Notes: generated by a model not told the origin, from the letters alone. 64,000 nucleotides of DNA from an uncultured cyanobacterium (GCA_963803805.1 CAWDOD010000004.1:288001-352000); one strand, 5' to 3'. Shown: positions 28,701-39,304, counted from the stretch's first letter. Numbers and translations are program-made.

Positions 28701-30278
28701 GACGGCACAGCAAAACTTTGGGATGTTAACACTGGAGAAGAAATTTATACTCTTACCGGCCATAAAAATATTGTCAAAAGTGTCAGCCTTAGTTCTAAGC
28801 GCAAGATGTTGGCTTCTGGCAGTTTCGACAACACAATCATACTCTGGGATACTTCCACTGGAGGAAAAATTCATACCCTTAAAGGCCATGAAGATGTGGT
28901 CGAGGATGTCACTTTTAGTCTTGATGGCAAGATGTTAGCTTCTGCTAGTCGCGACGACACAGTAAAAATTTGGAATACCACTACCGGAGAAGAAATTCAT
29001 ACCTTCACCGGAGATAAAGGACATAAAGAAGATGTTAAAAGCGTTAGCTTCAACACTGATGGAACTCTAGCTTCGGTGAGTGCTGATAATACAGTGAAAT
29101 TATGGGATATCAAAGATAGGAAACTAATTAATACCTTTGAGGGAAATCAGATGGGAGATATTGATGTTGTGGATGTAACCTTCAGTGCTGATAGTGAAAT
29201 TTTAGCCTTTGCAACTACCGATAATCAAGTAATACTAAAATTCAAAAAAAATAACCAAGAATCAAAAGGCAGGGAAGATGTAGTTATTAGAAATGGTGTT
29301 CAAAGTATTAGCTTGAGTCCTGATGGCAAGAGGCTAGCTTCTGCTAGTAATGACTGGACGGTGAAACTTTGGGATACTCAAACAGGCAAGCGAATTAGAA
29401 CCTTTACTGCCCATACAAATGATGTTCAAAGTGTTAGTTTTAGTCATGATAGTAAGATGCTAGCTTCTGCTAGTGAGGATAATACTGTTAAAGTTTGGGA
29501 TACCAACACACGCCAGGAAATTAAAACCTTTACTGAACATGAAAGAAAAGTTTGGGATGTTAGTTTTAGTCCTAATAGAAAGATGCTTGCTTCTGCTAGT
29601 AGCGACAAGACAGTTAAACTTTGGCATATAGATAAATCCGAAGCTGTTCGTACCTTCAAGGGACATGATAGTACTGTTTGGGGTGTTAGTTTTAGCCCTG
29701 ATAGTCAGATGCTTGCTTCTGCTAGTAGCGACAAGACAGTTAAACTTTGGCATAGAGATAAACTCGAAGCTGTTCGTACCTTCAAAGGACATATAAATGC
29801 AGTATATGGAGTAAGCTTTAGCCCAGATGGAAAAATGCTTGCTTCTGCCAGTTTTGACAAAACAGTGAGACTTTGGGACATCAAGACAGGTAAGGAGATT
29901 CAAACCTTTGCTGGCCATGAAGGTGCAGTACGTGGAGTAAGCTTTAGCCCCAATGGAAAAATGCTCGCTTCTGCTGGTGACGATAATACAGTAAAGCTTT
30001 GGGACATCAAGACAGGTAAGGAGATTCAAACCCTTACTGGACATACAGATAATATTCGAGGGGTAAGCTTTAGCCCAGATGGAAAAATGCTTGCTTCTGC
30101 TGGTGATGACAATATGGTCAGGTTGTGGCAGTTGGATGTTGATTATTTAGTTAAGGAAGGGTGTACTTTTATCTCCGAATATTTTAAAAATAATCCTCCT
30201 GAAAACAACAGGGATAAGCAATTATGCAACAATATGGATCACGACGACCAACAAGTAATACGAGATTCTGTTTGGTAG
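25782..30278 (+). CDS. Caspase (C14) - STAND NTPase (nSTAND1-like) - TM - WD40 repeat protein
   Basis: FAGHG/LDCCFAG dyad, NPYRGL, Walker A GASGSGKSS, Walker B LIFIDQSEEL, PGALPLL, hydrophobic helix, more than 10 WD40 repeats. Confidence 0.92.
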   Translation: MSKHKFQRNFAFIVGIDKYYNGIRPLKTAVNDAKKLTETLRIKHGYKVWICLDEQATLKELMGFIEKTLPQQVKADDRLLFYFAGHGVALNDDDGLEGYLLPQDASRDNRDSYLPMKKLHDALSQLPCRHFLGILDCCFAGAFRSSITRDVIVPSKMYRERYDRFIADPAWQVITSAAYNQKALDNFNFPERGQIGNHSPFATVLLEALEGAADAYPPPSNGKPQGDGVITAMELCSYLRDRVETLTEAFAVRQTPDLHPLKKHDNGQYIFLTPGHKLNLPAAPPLNEAQNPYRGLKSFNEKHSDFFFGRSELTQGLKSFVETNSLTVVLGASGSGKSSLVKAGLIPQLKQETNPRWQILSPIRPGERPFQALNQALDNAELGEVDWQSPQKTLSESITVWAKKHSDFQLLIFIDQSEELITMCADKNERTAFFQQILTALIEHRHQLRIVLSLRSDFEPQVRDAGLQFACEGLNMRNTLIQRRWQSGRFIVPAMTRAELREVIEKPAEAMVMYFEPYDLVDQLIEEVANMPGALPLLSFALSELYLKYLERQREAQYSGKLIERSLIQADYDKLGGVIQSLTQRADEEYNQLVRENSDYEPVIRHVMLRMVALGGGELARRRVPLSELAYPAEKKDLADEVIERFSKARLLVKGQDEEKNPYVEPAHDALVRGWAKLLSWKREAEESLLLQRRLTQAVFNWKKLAREEQQLSGFQATAKPFIDWLDGKLNILEDFGNKFNPRLDDHFLRLWYGVSKEQEGLEDQPTRLLWHNDAHLDRLDETLDSDDNWLNQLETEFVKKSIVRKRQNHNWRWRIAIAVMAGLSLLTLWASFNLRRAQMQEVSALMEASDGNIVSDFGGGKIDGIVAAFRAKENFDRIWFADRHTRTQVEHNLSNTVHNVADPNTLGRHANALTDVSFSHKDKMLASASWDNTIKLWDANTGKEIHTLKGHTNAVMSVSFGSDDKTLASGSFDGTAKLWDVNTGEEIYTLTGHKNIVKSVSLSSKRKMLASGSFDNTIILWDTSTGGKIHTLKGHEDVVEDVTFSLDGKMLASASRDDTVKIWNTTTGEEIHTFTGDKGHKEDVKSVSFNTDGTLASVSADNTVKLWDIKDRKLINTFEGNQMGDIDVVDVTFSADSEILAFATTDNQVILKFKKNNQESKGREDVVIRNGVQSISLSPDGKRLASASNDWTVKLWDTQTGKRIRTFTAHTNDVQSVSFSHDSKMLASASEDNTVKVWDTNTRQEIKTFTEHERKVWDVSFSPNRKMLASASSDKTVKLWHIDKSEAVRTFKGHDSTVWGVSFSPDSQMLASASSDKTVKLWHRDKLEAVRTFKGHINAVYGVSFSPDGKMLASASFDKTVRLWDIKTGKEIQTFAGHEGAVRGVSFSPNGKMLASAGDDNTVKLWDIKTGKEIQTLTGHTDNIRGVSFSPDGKMLASAGDDNMVRLWQLDVDYLVKEGCTFISEYFKNNPPENNRDKQLCNNMDHDDQQVIRDSVW

Positions 30279-30338
30279 CGCAGGTTTCCTTGATAGCGGG
30301 TTTTTAAGAACCAGATTTGGCATCATTACAAATAATTC

Positions 30339-33300
30339 TTGAGTAAGAAAATGTTTAAACGCAACCTCGCTTTCGTTATTGGTATCAACAACTATCAAAA
30401 CGGCATTCCCCCCCTCAAGACTGCTGTTAACGATGCTAAAAAGCTTACAGAAACTCTACAGACTAAACATGGCTACCGAGTATGGGTTTACTTAGATGAA
30501 ATAGCTACCCTCCAAAATCTAATAAAATTCCTTGAAGAAACATTACCGGAGCAAGTTAAGGGCGATGACCGTTTGCTATTTTACTTTGCTGGTCATGGGG
30601 TTGCTCTTAATGGGGATGATGGGCCGGCGGGCTATTTAATTCCTCAAGATGCTTCCCTGGGGGATACTAGTACCTATTTTCCCATGGCTAAGTTACACAA
30701 TGCTTTGACCCAGCTCTGTTGTCGTCATTTTTTGGGGGTTCTCGACTGTTGCTTTGCAGGTGCTTTCCGTTGGTCTAGTAACAGAGATGTAGTTATTCCC
30801 ACCAAGGTGATTCACAAAGAAAGGTATGACCGCTTTATTACTGACCCCGCCTGGCAAATTATTACCTCCTCAGCCTCTGACCAAAAAGCCCTAGATAACT
30901 TTAATTTAGATACACAACGGGGTCAACTTGGAGAACACTCGCCTTTTGCAACTGCTTTGTTAGAAGCACTAGAAGGGGCAGCGGATATTTATCCTCCTCC
31001 TCAATCAGGGCAACCCGGTGGAGATGGGGTTATTACTGCAACTGAGCTATATTTGTACTTGCGCGATCGCATCGAAATTTCTACAGAACAAATTAGCCAC
31101 AGGCAAACCCCAGGAATTTGGTGTTTAAATAAACATGACAAAGGGGAATATATCTTTTTGTCTCCAGGACACAAACTCAATTTACCCCCAGCCCCTCCCC
31201 TTGATGAATCCCAGAATCCCTATCGTGGTTTGCGCTCATTTGAAGAAGAACATAGTAATCTATTTTTCGGCAGACAAGCTTTGATAGAACAATTGTCTCA
31301 ACAAGTTTACCAACAACCTCTAACTGTTGTTCTAGGGGTTTCGGGAAGCGGTAAATCTAGCTTAGTTAAAGCAGGATTAGTACCTTATCTTAAAAAGTTT
31401 AATCCCCAGCAATGGCACATTCTTACCCCTCTGCGCCCTGGAGAGTCACCGTTATTAGCTTTAAATCGAACCTTAGCAGCAGATAATCTGGTTGTAGATG
31501 ATGAAGTTGAGATCAAAGACAAGTTGACAAACTGGTTAGAGCAAAATTCTCAAACTAAATTGCTCCTTGTCATCGACCAAACAGAAGAATTATTAACCCT
31601 CTGTCGCGATGAAGAACAAAAAGAAAACTTTCTCAAACTCTTAGCAGAATTACTCCTTAACTACCCAGAAAATTTACGAATTGTCCTCACCTTACGGAGT
31701 GACTTTGAACCCCAATTTGCCAATTCTGTTCTAGAACCCTATTGGTATTCCTCTCGGTTTATCGTACCAGCCATGACACGGCAGGAATTAAGGACTTGCA
31801 TTGAAGAACCAGCCTCGGCAAGGGTTATGTATTTTGAACCCCATAGCTTGGTGGAACAGTTGATTGATGAAGTAATACAAATGCCTGGGGGATTACCTTT
31901 GCTGTCTTTTACCCTAAGTGAACTGTACTTGCAATATTTAAAGAGTGTCAGGAAGAGGTACAAGGAAAGACAGAGCTATTACTCAAGAAGATTACGAAAA
32001 ATTAGGAGGAGTAACCCGCAGTCTCACTCAAAGAGCAGACCAAGAATATGATAACTTAGTTCAAAAAGATACAGCCTATACTTTGACTATCCGCAATGTG
32101 ATGCTACGGATGGTAGCAGTAGGTGGTAGAGAATTAACTCGGAGGCGAGTTCTTCGCTCTGAACTCAAGTATCCTGAATCGGAAAATACCCGGATTCAAA
32201 CAGTAATTCAACGTTATACTGAGGCGCGTCTGTTAGTAGAAGGGCAAAATCACCAAGGAGAACCCTATGTAGAACCAGCCCATGATGCTTTAGTGCAGGG
32301 TTGGCAAAAACTTTTACAGTGGAAACAACAGGAAGAAGAAAGTTTAATTTTACAACGGCGATTAACACCTGCTGCGGTGGAGTGGCAGAGGGTTGTTAGT
32401 CAGAAAAAAACATCTGGTTCAGCTTTACATATTAGCACTGCTGTTGATTGGTTAGATCAACAACTTTCAAGCATTGAAAGTTTATTTACAAAAATCTCCA
32501 CAAACTTGGTTCGAGACTTGGCAGCGAACTCGAAGAGATCCGCGTAGCGATGCGCAAAATCAGCATCAACCTGTCCTAGATAAACCTAATGAGTTTCTTT
32601 GGAATGCTAATCCTTATCTAGATATTTGCCAAGCAAAACTCAATACCCAGCAAAATTGGTTTAACCAGTTAGAGGTTGACTTCCTTAAACGTAGCATTTT
32701 GCAAAAACGTCGTAATGTAAGTTGGCGGTGGCGCATTGCCCTTGGGGTAATCATCAGTTTAAGTGGGTTAACCATTGGAGTTTTGTTTAATCTGAGAAAC
32801 TCACAGATTAGGGAAGCTAAGGCTTTGAGGGAAGCAGCAGAAATCAACTTAGCTAATAATCATTCTCTAGACGGGATGATTGAGATTTTACAAGCTGGAA
32901 ATACCTTAGAAAAGCCACTTTTACAGATTTTTCCTCCCCCTTTGCAGCTACAAAATCAAATAACAGGAACCTTGCAAACAGCAGTTTACACAGTCAGGGA
33001 ACGCGATCGCCTATCAGGTCATCAACGTCCGGTTAGAAGTGTAGTATTTAGCCCCAATGGTCAGCAATTAGCCACCAGTGGAGATGATGGCATCGGTCGT
33101 TTATGGAGTCAGCAGGGTCAGGAATTACAAAAATTGGACAAACAGCAAGGTTCTGTAAGCAGTATTAAGTATAGTCCGGATGGTCAACTAGTTGCTACAG
33201 TAGGTGATGATGGCTCGAATCCGTCTGTGGAATCTTCAGGGGGAGTTAGTCAAACAATGGAATGCTCAACAGGGTCAGTTATGGGGAATTGAATTTAGTC

Positions 33301-34724
33301 CCGATGGTGACTTCATCGCTAGTGAAGGTAACGATGGAACAGTGCGATTATGGGACTTGCAGGGGAACTTCTTAAGAGAATTAAAAGGGCATCAAAAGCC
33401 AGTAAGAAGTATCAGTTTCAGTGCAGATAGCGAACGGATCGCTAGCGGCTCAGATGATGGTACAATCCGTCTGTGGAATCTCCAGGGTCAAGAACTAGTA
33501 AAAATTCCTGCTCATCAAGGAACTGTAAGTAGTCTAAGTTTTAGCCCCGATGGTCAACGACTTGCTAGCACAGGAGAAGACAGCTTAGTGCGAATGTGGA
33601 ATATACAGGGCAAGTTAATCTCGGAATGGGAGGCTCAACAACTTAAACTTTGGGCTGTAGCATTTAGCCCTAATGGGCAAAAATTAGCTACGGCAGGGGG
33701 AGACGGCACTGTTAAAGTTTGGGATTTACAAGGTCAAGAATTAGATAAGTTTGTCGCCCACAAAGGGCCCGTTAGAAGTCTCAGCTTTAGTCCCGATGGT
33801 AAGCAGTTAGCTAGTAGCGGCGATGATACGATGGTTCGTATCTGGGATTTACAAAGCCAAGAATTAAAAGCATTTGTTGCTAAAAATCTAGCTAATGAGA
33901 ATACTTTAAGTACAGATGGGGAGAAAATAGTTAGCGGTGGTAAGGATGGTACTATTCGCTTGTGGGATCTCCAAGGACAACCTTTAGGCAAGACATTTAA
34001 GGCTCATTCTCACCCTGTTGAAAGTGTGGCTTTGAGTACAGATGGGGAGAAAATAGTTAGTGGTGGTAAGGATGGTACTATTCGCTTGTGGGATCTCCAA
34101 GGACAACCTTTAGGCAAGCCATTTACAGGTCATTTAGATGGGGTCAACAGTGTTGCTTTCAGTCGAGATGGTAAGAAAATAGTTAGTGGTGGTGAGGATG
34201 GCACTATTCGCCTGTGGAACTTACAAGGACAACCTTTGAGGGAGGAGCCATTTACAGGTCATTTAGGTGGGGTCAATAGTGTTGCTTTTAGTCGAGATGG
34301 TGAGAAAATAGTTAGTGGTGGTGAGGATGGTACTATTCGCTTGTGGGACTTACAAGGTGAGTGGAAACGAGCCTTTCAACTCTATCAACCTCAAGTAACT
34401 TCCGTAACCTTTAGTGCAGATGCCAAGAGGATTATCAGTAGCGATAACATAGGTCGTATTTTAATCTGGGATTTGCAAGACCCTCAAGGGCAACTACCAA
34501 TGGTAGTATGGCAAACTCAACAGCCTACTCTTAGTAGTATTAGTTTGGATTCAGAGGGTAAATTGCTAACTACTTTAGGAAGCAACGGTAGTGTCAAATT
34601 GTGGTCATTTCAATCATCCGATGAACTAATGCAACAAGCTTGCCGATGGGCAGGTAACTATTTAAAAAACAACCCCGGTATCGAAGAGAGTAATCGCAAT
34701 CTCTGCAATAACATAAAGAACTAA
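30339..34724 (+). pseudogene. Paralogous caspase-STAND-TM-WD40 gene broken by three +1 frameshifts
   Basis: ORFs 30339-32051, 31945-32547, 32474-33292 and 33204-34724 align consecutively to the upstream paralogue; shifts near 31950, 32515 and 33215. Confidence 0.85.
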
Positions 34725-34894
34725 TTTTCCCAAATAATTAATGGTATTCCTTTTTTGAAAAGGTTGCTCTGTCTAGCATAGAGAATATCCACTCAGAAGT
34801 CAGAATCATCACTGAAAATATACCCATAACAAAAATTTGGTTTAAACTAAAAAGTCGGCAAGATTTAGATGAGAAAGTTGCGGAAGCTTCTAAT

Positions 34895-35128
34895 AGTATC
34901 GTCTATGCAGGCTACTACAACTTCACTGTTAATACTACATTCAAACATATAGCTATCTAGCTGACTTTTTCTATTCAATAACCCTAAAGTATTTAAACGT
35001 TTACTTCTTTGACTTGCTCCCGGTTTCTGTTGTCCCGATTTCTTGCCAAGCGTAAGGGACACTTGGTATCAAACAAAAGCCGACCTCATCTACATATCTT
35101 ATGTCTATTTCTCCTCGTTTTTCTCTTT
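34895..35128 (-). mobile_element. IS630-family transposase fragment
   Basis: Minus strand: GEIDIRYVDEVGFCLIPSVPYAWQE, then after a frameshift SKRLNTLGLLN...YMFECSINSEVVVACID (DDE domain). Confidence 0.8.
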
Positions 35129-35175
35129 GAATCAGTATAGTATGGCGATCGCAACCTTAAAAATCTTAGTAATGA

Positions 35176-35367
35176 CTATATATCCCTATCTTTCCCTGGA
35201 GAACGTGAACCTCCAAATTGACCAAATCCTTTTTTAGTTTTGGTATTATCATCATCTGATTCTTTCTTGTCAGAATCCGCGACCGCAGCTTCCTCTGATT
35301 GACTATCTTGACTAGAATCCGATGATACCTGTTCTTCAGGATTTTTTTGAGATTCTGTATTTTCCAT
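35176..35367 (-). CDS. Small acidic/Ser-rich hypothetical protein (63 aa)
   Basis: ATG at 35367: MENTESQKNPEEQ...KKGFGQFGGSRSPGKDRDI; low-complexity, plausibly coding. Confidence 0.45.
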   Translation of the reverse strand: MENTESQKNPEEQVSSDSSQDSQSEEAAVADSDKKESDDDNTKTKKGFGQFGGSRSPGKDRDI

Positions 35368-35500
35368 ACCTAGCTTCTCGCACCTAACCTGCAAACCAAA
35401 TCCTAACTTAAATAAGTAACTTTTTCTATTAGAAGTATCGTTTTGATACAAAAATTATTACCTATTACTTAAGAGTATGCCAAGAAAAAAATGATCCAGA

Positions 35501-35566
35501 AGCTATAGGTGTTTCGCGTTTCGCGTAAGCGTTGCCGCAGGCTAGCCTTGTCGTAAGACTAAGCTA
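35501..35566 (+). repeat. Small dispersed repeat, copy 2, followed by TAGCTAA heptamers
   Basis: Direct-orientation near-copy of 25633-25691 with an extra TTTCGCG unit. Confidence 0.8.
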
Positions 35567-35603
35567 ATAGCTAATAGCTAACAGCTATATTAACTTAAGT
35601 ACT

Positions 35604-38600
35604 CTAATCAACTGCCCCTAAAGCCTTAAGAGTATTTTTCTGAGAAACAGTTAAACCACTAACATTCTTAATATTCATCCCCTCATAGGGGCGATCAACC
35701 CTCATAGTTTTGACACATTCCCCTGTTTCAAGCTGCCAAACCTTCAAAGTTTCATCCTCCCCACCACTAACTAAAACCTCACCATCGGCACTAAAGGCAA
35801 TGGAACGGATCGCTTTATCATGCCCTTGCAAAGTTTTGACAACCTCACCAGTCTCCAGATCCCACAACTTAACCGTCGTATCATCACTACCACTAGCTAA
35901 CACTTTACCATCAGGGCTAAAAGCAATTTTTCTGATGCGATCGCCATGTCCAGATAAGGTTTGTAAATATTTCCCTGTCTCAATATCCCAAAGTTTAATC
36001 TTCCTATCACCGCTGCCACTGGCTAGAATCTTTCCACTAGGACAAAAAGCCACTGATAAGACCCAATCCCTATGACCAGATAAGGTTTGCAAACACTCTC
36101 CTGTACTAACGTCCCATAGCTTGATAGTTGTATCATCACTACCACTAGCTAACACCTTACCATCTGGACTAAAGCCAATAGTCTTAACCTGTTGGCTATG
36201 ACTCTGTAAGGTTTGCAAACATTCCCCCGTCTGCCAATCCCACAGCTTGATAGTTTTGTCACCACTACCACTAGCAAAAATTGTTCCATCTGGGCTAAAG
36301 CTAATACTATGTACCCAATGTTCATGACCCCAAAGTGTCTGCAAACATTCTCCTGTACCGGTATTCCAAAGCTTAATAGTTGTATCATCACTACCACTAG
36401 CTAAAATCAGCTTATCTCCTCGGTTTTCTGGCAGAAAAGCAATTGCTGAAACAAGATTACTATGACCTTGCAATATTCCTAAACATTGCCCCGTCTCAAT
36501 ATTCCACAATCTCACCTGTTGGTCTTCACCGCTACTGGCTATGATTTGATCATCTAGACTAAAAGCAACAGACAAAATCCAATTGCTATAACCTACTACA
36601 GTTCGCAAACACTGCCCTGTAGCAAAGTCCCATAACTTCATAGTTTGGTTTTCGCTAATACTCAATAAGTTTTGACCATCTGGATTCATAGCTACTAACC
36701 AAATGCGGGAAGCAGTTTGATTGCCTTGAGGTGAATTGCTATTCTCATTAAGAGTTTGCAAACATTTTCCCGTAACCACATCCCAAATTTTTACCGTCAT
36801 ATCTTCGCTTCCGGTAATTAAATTTCGCCCATCTGGACTGTAAACAATTGACCACACTTCACTATGATAATCAGGTAATGTCTTGAGACACTCGCCGCTG
36901 TCTAAATCCCAAAATTTCACCGTGGTATGATCGCTTCCTGTCACCAAGGTTTGACCATCTGGACTCAAGGCAATGGCTAAAACCCAATTAATGGGGATTT
37001 CCAATACTTGCAAACAAGAACCTGTATTAACATCCCACACCCTTACAGTTTGGTCTTCACCACCAGTAACTAAAGTTTTGCCATCGGCACTAAAGCAGGT
37101 AAAAAAGACGCGATCGCTATGGCCTAATAAAATGCTAGAACACTTTCCAGTCTTGACATTCCACAACCTCACAGTCTGGTCATTGCTACCACTAGCAAGG
37201 ATATTTCCATCAGAACTAAAAGCTACTGCTTGTACTAAACTAGTATGACCCCGCAGAGTCTTCAAACATTGCCCAGTTTCGACATTCCACAACTTTATAG
37301 TCTGGTCATTGCTACCACTAGCTAATATTTGCCCATCGGGACTAAAAGCTACTGCTTGCACCCAAGCACTATGACCGCTGTAAGTTATCATGTGTTTAAG
37401 GTTAGCAACTTCCCATAACCAAATTTCATGATCAAGACTAGTAGCTAGTTGCTTGCCAGTCGGGCTAAAAGCAGCGGCAAAAACTCCCCCTAAAGTTCGA
37501 GTTACAGTAGAACGACTTAAGTCTGCATTGGCAAAATTGACATGATGCAAATTCATCCCCTGTAGGTAAGCTTGCCAAACAGTTAAATTAGAAAAATCAT
37601 AACCCTTCAAGTCAATGTCCAGTTGCCAAAGGAGATTGAGGAAATTTCCCCCTGCATATCCAGGTTTTCTAGGTTCGGAAGATTTTAAAGTTGCTAAGAT
37701 TTTATCTAAATAGCTTTGTACATTTCCGCGCATCCCTAGAAAGTTAAGTAGCTTATCGGCGATAGGCTTGAGAATAAGTTGAATTTGACTATTTCTGATA
37801 TAATCCTTGGCTTGGGCTTTAATTAAACTCAAACTTCCCAACAATCCTACCTCTCCAGTTTGGATCTCCTGACAAACCTCTTCAATTAAGCGATCAACTA
37901 CATACTCCATAACTACAGGCTGTTGAGTAAACTTACCGGCATTTTTTTCAATCAGCGATCGCAGTTTTAAAGATTCTAAAGCTGCCAACAAATCCTTGAA
38001 AGCGACTGGGGGAATGATATCTTTTTGTAACTCCTTAAACGACACCCACTCTCGATTAATAGTTAACCAGTACATGAGTTGTCTTTCTAAATTGGGTAAG
38101 CGATGAAACTGTTGGGCTAATAAATCAGCAATATCACCAAAAATAATCGTTCCTTCTGCCAAAAACTGAGTAACATCCCCATCGAACAACTCACTAATGG
38201 TTGTACCTACAATCTTCAAAGCTAAAGGATTTCCAGCATAAAAATCCACCAGAGTTTGACAATCTTCCCCAGAGACAGAAAGCCCTTTTTCTGAGAGAAT
38301 TTTTTTTCCATCTTGCTGAGTTAAACCTAATAAACTTAAAGAACGGATTGGTAAGTCTATGCCTTCTTTGATGCTAATTTCTTTAGGTTTCTCCCTCGTC
38401 GTCAACACCAAACAACTTTGATGGTTCGTTTCACCCCAACAGCGAAGTAAATGCCCGTATCCTTCATATCCTTGGCGATAAACCCCTGTCTGTTCATCAC
38501 CTAACAAAATAGACTCGGCGTTATCTAAAACAAGTAGACAACGCTGCGATCGCAGATAGTTAATTAAGCTCGAAATTTTACCATCTAAACTTTCAGGTAA

Positions 38601-39158
38601 ACTTGTTTCTTGCTGCTGGGACAAAAAGTTAATTAGCTCGTTTAAAAGTTCATTAAGGGGTGGCGCATTTCTTAAACTCCGCCAAATCAGAAACTCAAAT
38701 TCTGATTGTAGAAGTTGGGCTATCTTTACAGATAAAGATGTTTTGCCAATACCACCCATACCAACTAAGGCGATAAGTCGGCAATTATCATCAACAATCC
38801 ATCTTTCTAACGTCTCTAATTCCTCACTGCGCCCGTAGAAATTAGAAACATCAACAGCTTCTCCCCAATCTTGATAGCTTTTAAGATTTTCTGGTGTTGT
38901 ACTTCTATCTTCCTCAACAATCTGTGATGGCACAGCAAAATCAAGATCAGCAATATCTCTCCAAGAGAGGGACAATTTCTGAGAAAGTTCTTCAAAAGTA
39001 GCAAAGTCAACGGGTTTCCCGGTAAGGAAATTACTAACAGTGGCTAAAGCTAATCCTACATCCTCTGCCAATGCCCTCTGAGAGCGAAAGCCATTACGTC
39101 TAACTGCCAGCTTCACTTTCTCAACGCACTGAGGATGAACTTTGAGAGATCTAGCCAT
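35604..39158 (-). CDS. XRE-type HTH - NB-ARC/NACHT - pentapeptide - WD40 protein
   Basis: SQRALAEDVGLALATVSNF HTH, QDWGEA, Walker A GMGGIGKTS, LLVLDNAE, GNPLAL, many WD40 repeats, RPYEGMNI C-terminus. Confidence 0.92.
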   Translation of the reverse strand: MARSLKVHPQCVEKVKLAVRRNGFRSQRALAEDVGLALATVSNFLTGKPVDFATFEELSQKLSLSWRDIADLDFAVPSQIVEEDRSTTPENLKSYQDWGEAVDVSNFYGRSEELETLERWIVDDNCRLIALVGMGGIGKTSLSVKIAQLLQSEFEFLIWRSLRNAPPLNELLNELINFLSQQQETSLPESLDGKISSLINYLRSQRCLLVLDNAESILLGDEQTGVYRQGYEGYGHLLRCWGETNHQSCLVLTTREKPKEISIKEGIDLPIRSLSLLGLTQQDGKKILSEKGLSVSGEDCQTLVDFYAGNPLALKIVGTTISELFDGDVTQFLAEGTIIFGDIADLLAQQFHRLPNLERQLMYWLTINREWVSFKELQKDIIPPVAFKDLLAALESLKLRSLIEKNAGKFTQQPVVMEYVVDRLIEEVCQEIQTGEVGLLGSLSLIKAQAKDYIRNSQIQLILKPIADKLLNFLGMRGNVQSYLDKILATLKSSEPRKPGYAGGNFLNLLWQLDIDLKGYDFSNLTVWQAYLQGMNLHHVNFANADLSRSTVTRTLGGVFAAAFSPTGKQLATSLDHEIWLWEVANLKHMITYSGHSAWVQAVAFSPDGQILASGSNDQTIKLWNVETGQCLKTLRGHTSLVQAVAFSSDGNILASGSNDQTVRLWNVKTGKCSSILLGHSDRVFFTCFSADGKTLVTGGEDQTVRVWDVNTGSCLQVLEIPINWVLAIALSPDGQTLVTGSDHTTVKFWDLDSGECLKTLPDYHSEVWSIVYSPDGRNLITGSEDMTVKIWDVVTGKCLQTLNENSNSPQGNQTASRIWLVAMNPDGQNLLSISENQTMKLWDFATGQCLRTVVGYSNWILSVAFSLDDQIIASSGEDQQVRLWNIETGQCLGILQGHSNLVSAIAFLPENRGDKLILASGSDDTTIKLWNTGTGECLQTLWGHEHWVHSISFSPDGTIFASGSGDKTIKLWDWQTGECLQTLQSHSQQVKTIGFSPDGKVLASGSDDTTIKLWDVSTGECLQTLSGHRDWVLSVAFCPSGKILASGSGDRKIKLWDIETGKYLQTLSGHGDRIRKIAFSPDGKVLASGSDDTTVKLWDLETGEVVKTLQGHDKAIRSIAFSADGEVLVSGGEDETLKVWQLETGECVKTMRVDRPYEGMNIKNVSGLTVSQKNTLKALGAVD

Positions 39159-39304
39159 AGCTTATTTCAGAACGACTTTAAAAATTCTATCAGTAGTCCT
39201 CCCTAAATCAGTCAAAACTTAGAAACAAGTCAGGTTTTCCTAGTCCGTAAGTCAGTATACAGCTTGTTTTAGTGGATATAGAAGAGTTAGACAAGATATA
39301 AGCA

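Noticed and set aside
28208-37248. Repetitive antisense or alternative-frame ORFs over the WD40 regions (e.g. 29460-30044, 35710-36075)
   Set aside because: Their periodicity simply mirrors the WD40 repeats of the real genes.
39159-39304. Repeated AGTC/AAGTCAG words in the STAND-AraC intergenic region as an operator array
   Set aside because: The words are short and irregularly spaced; I cannot distinguish them from chance by eye.
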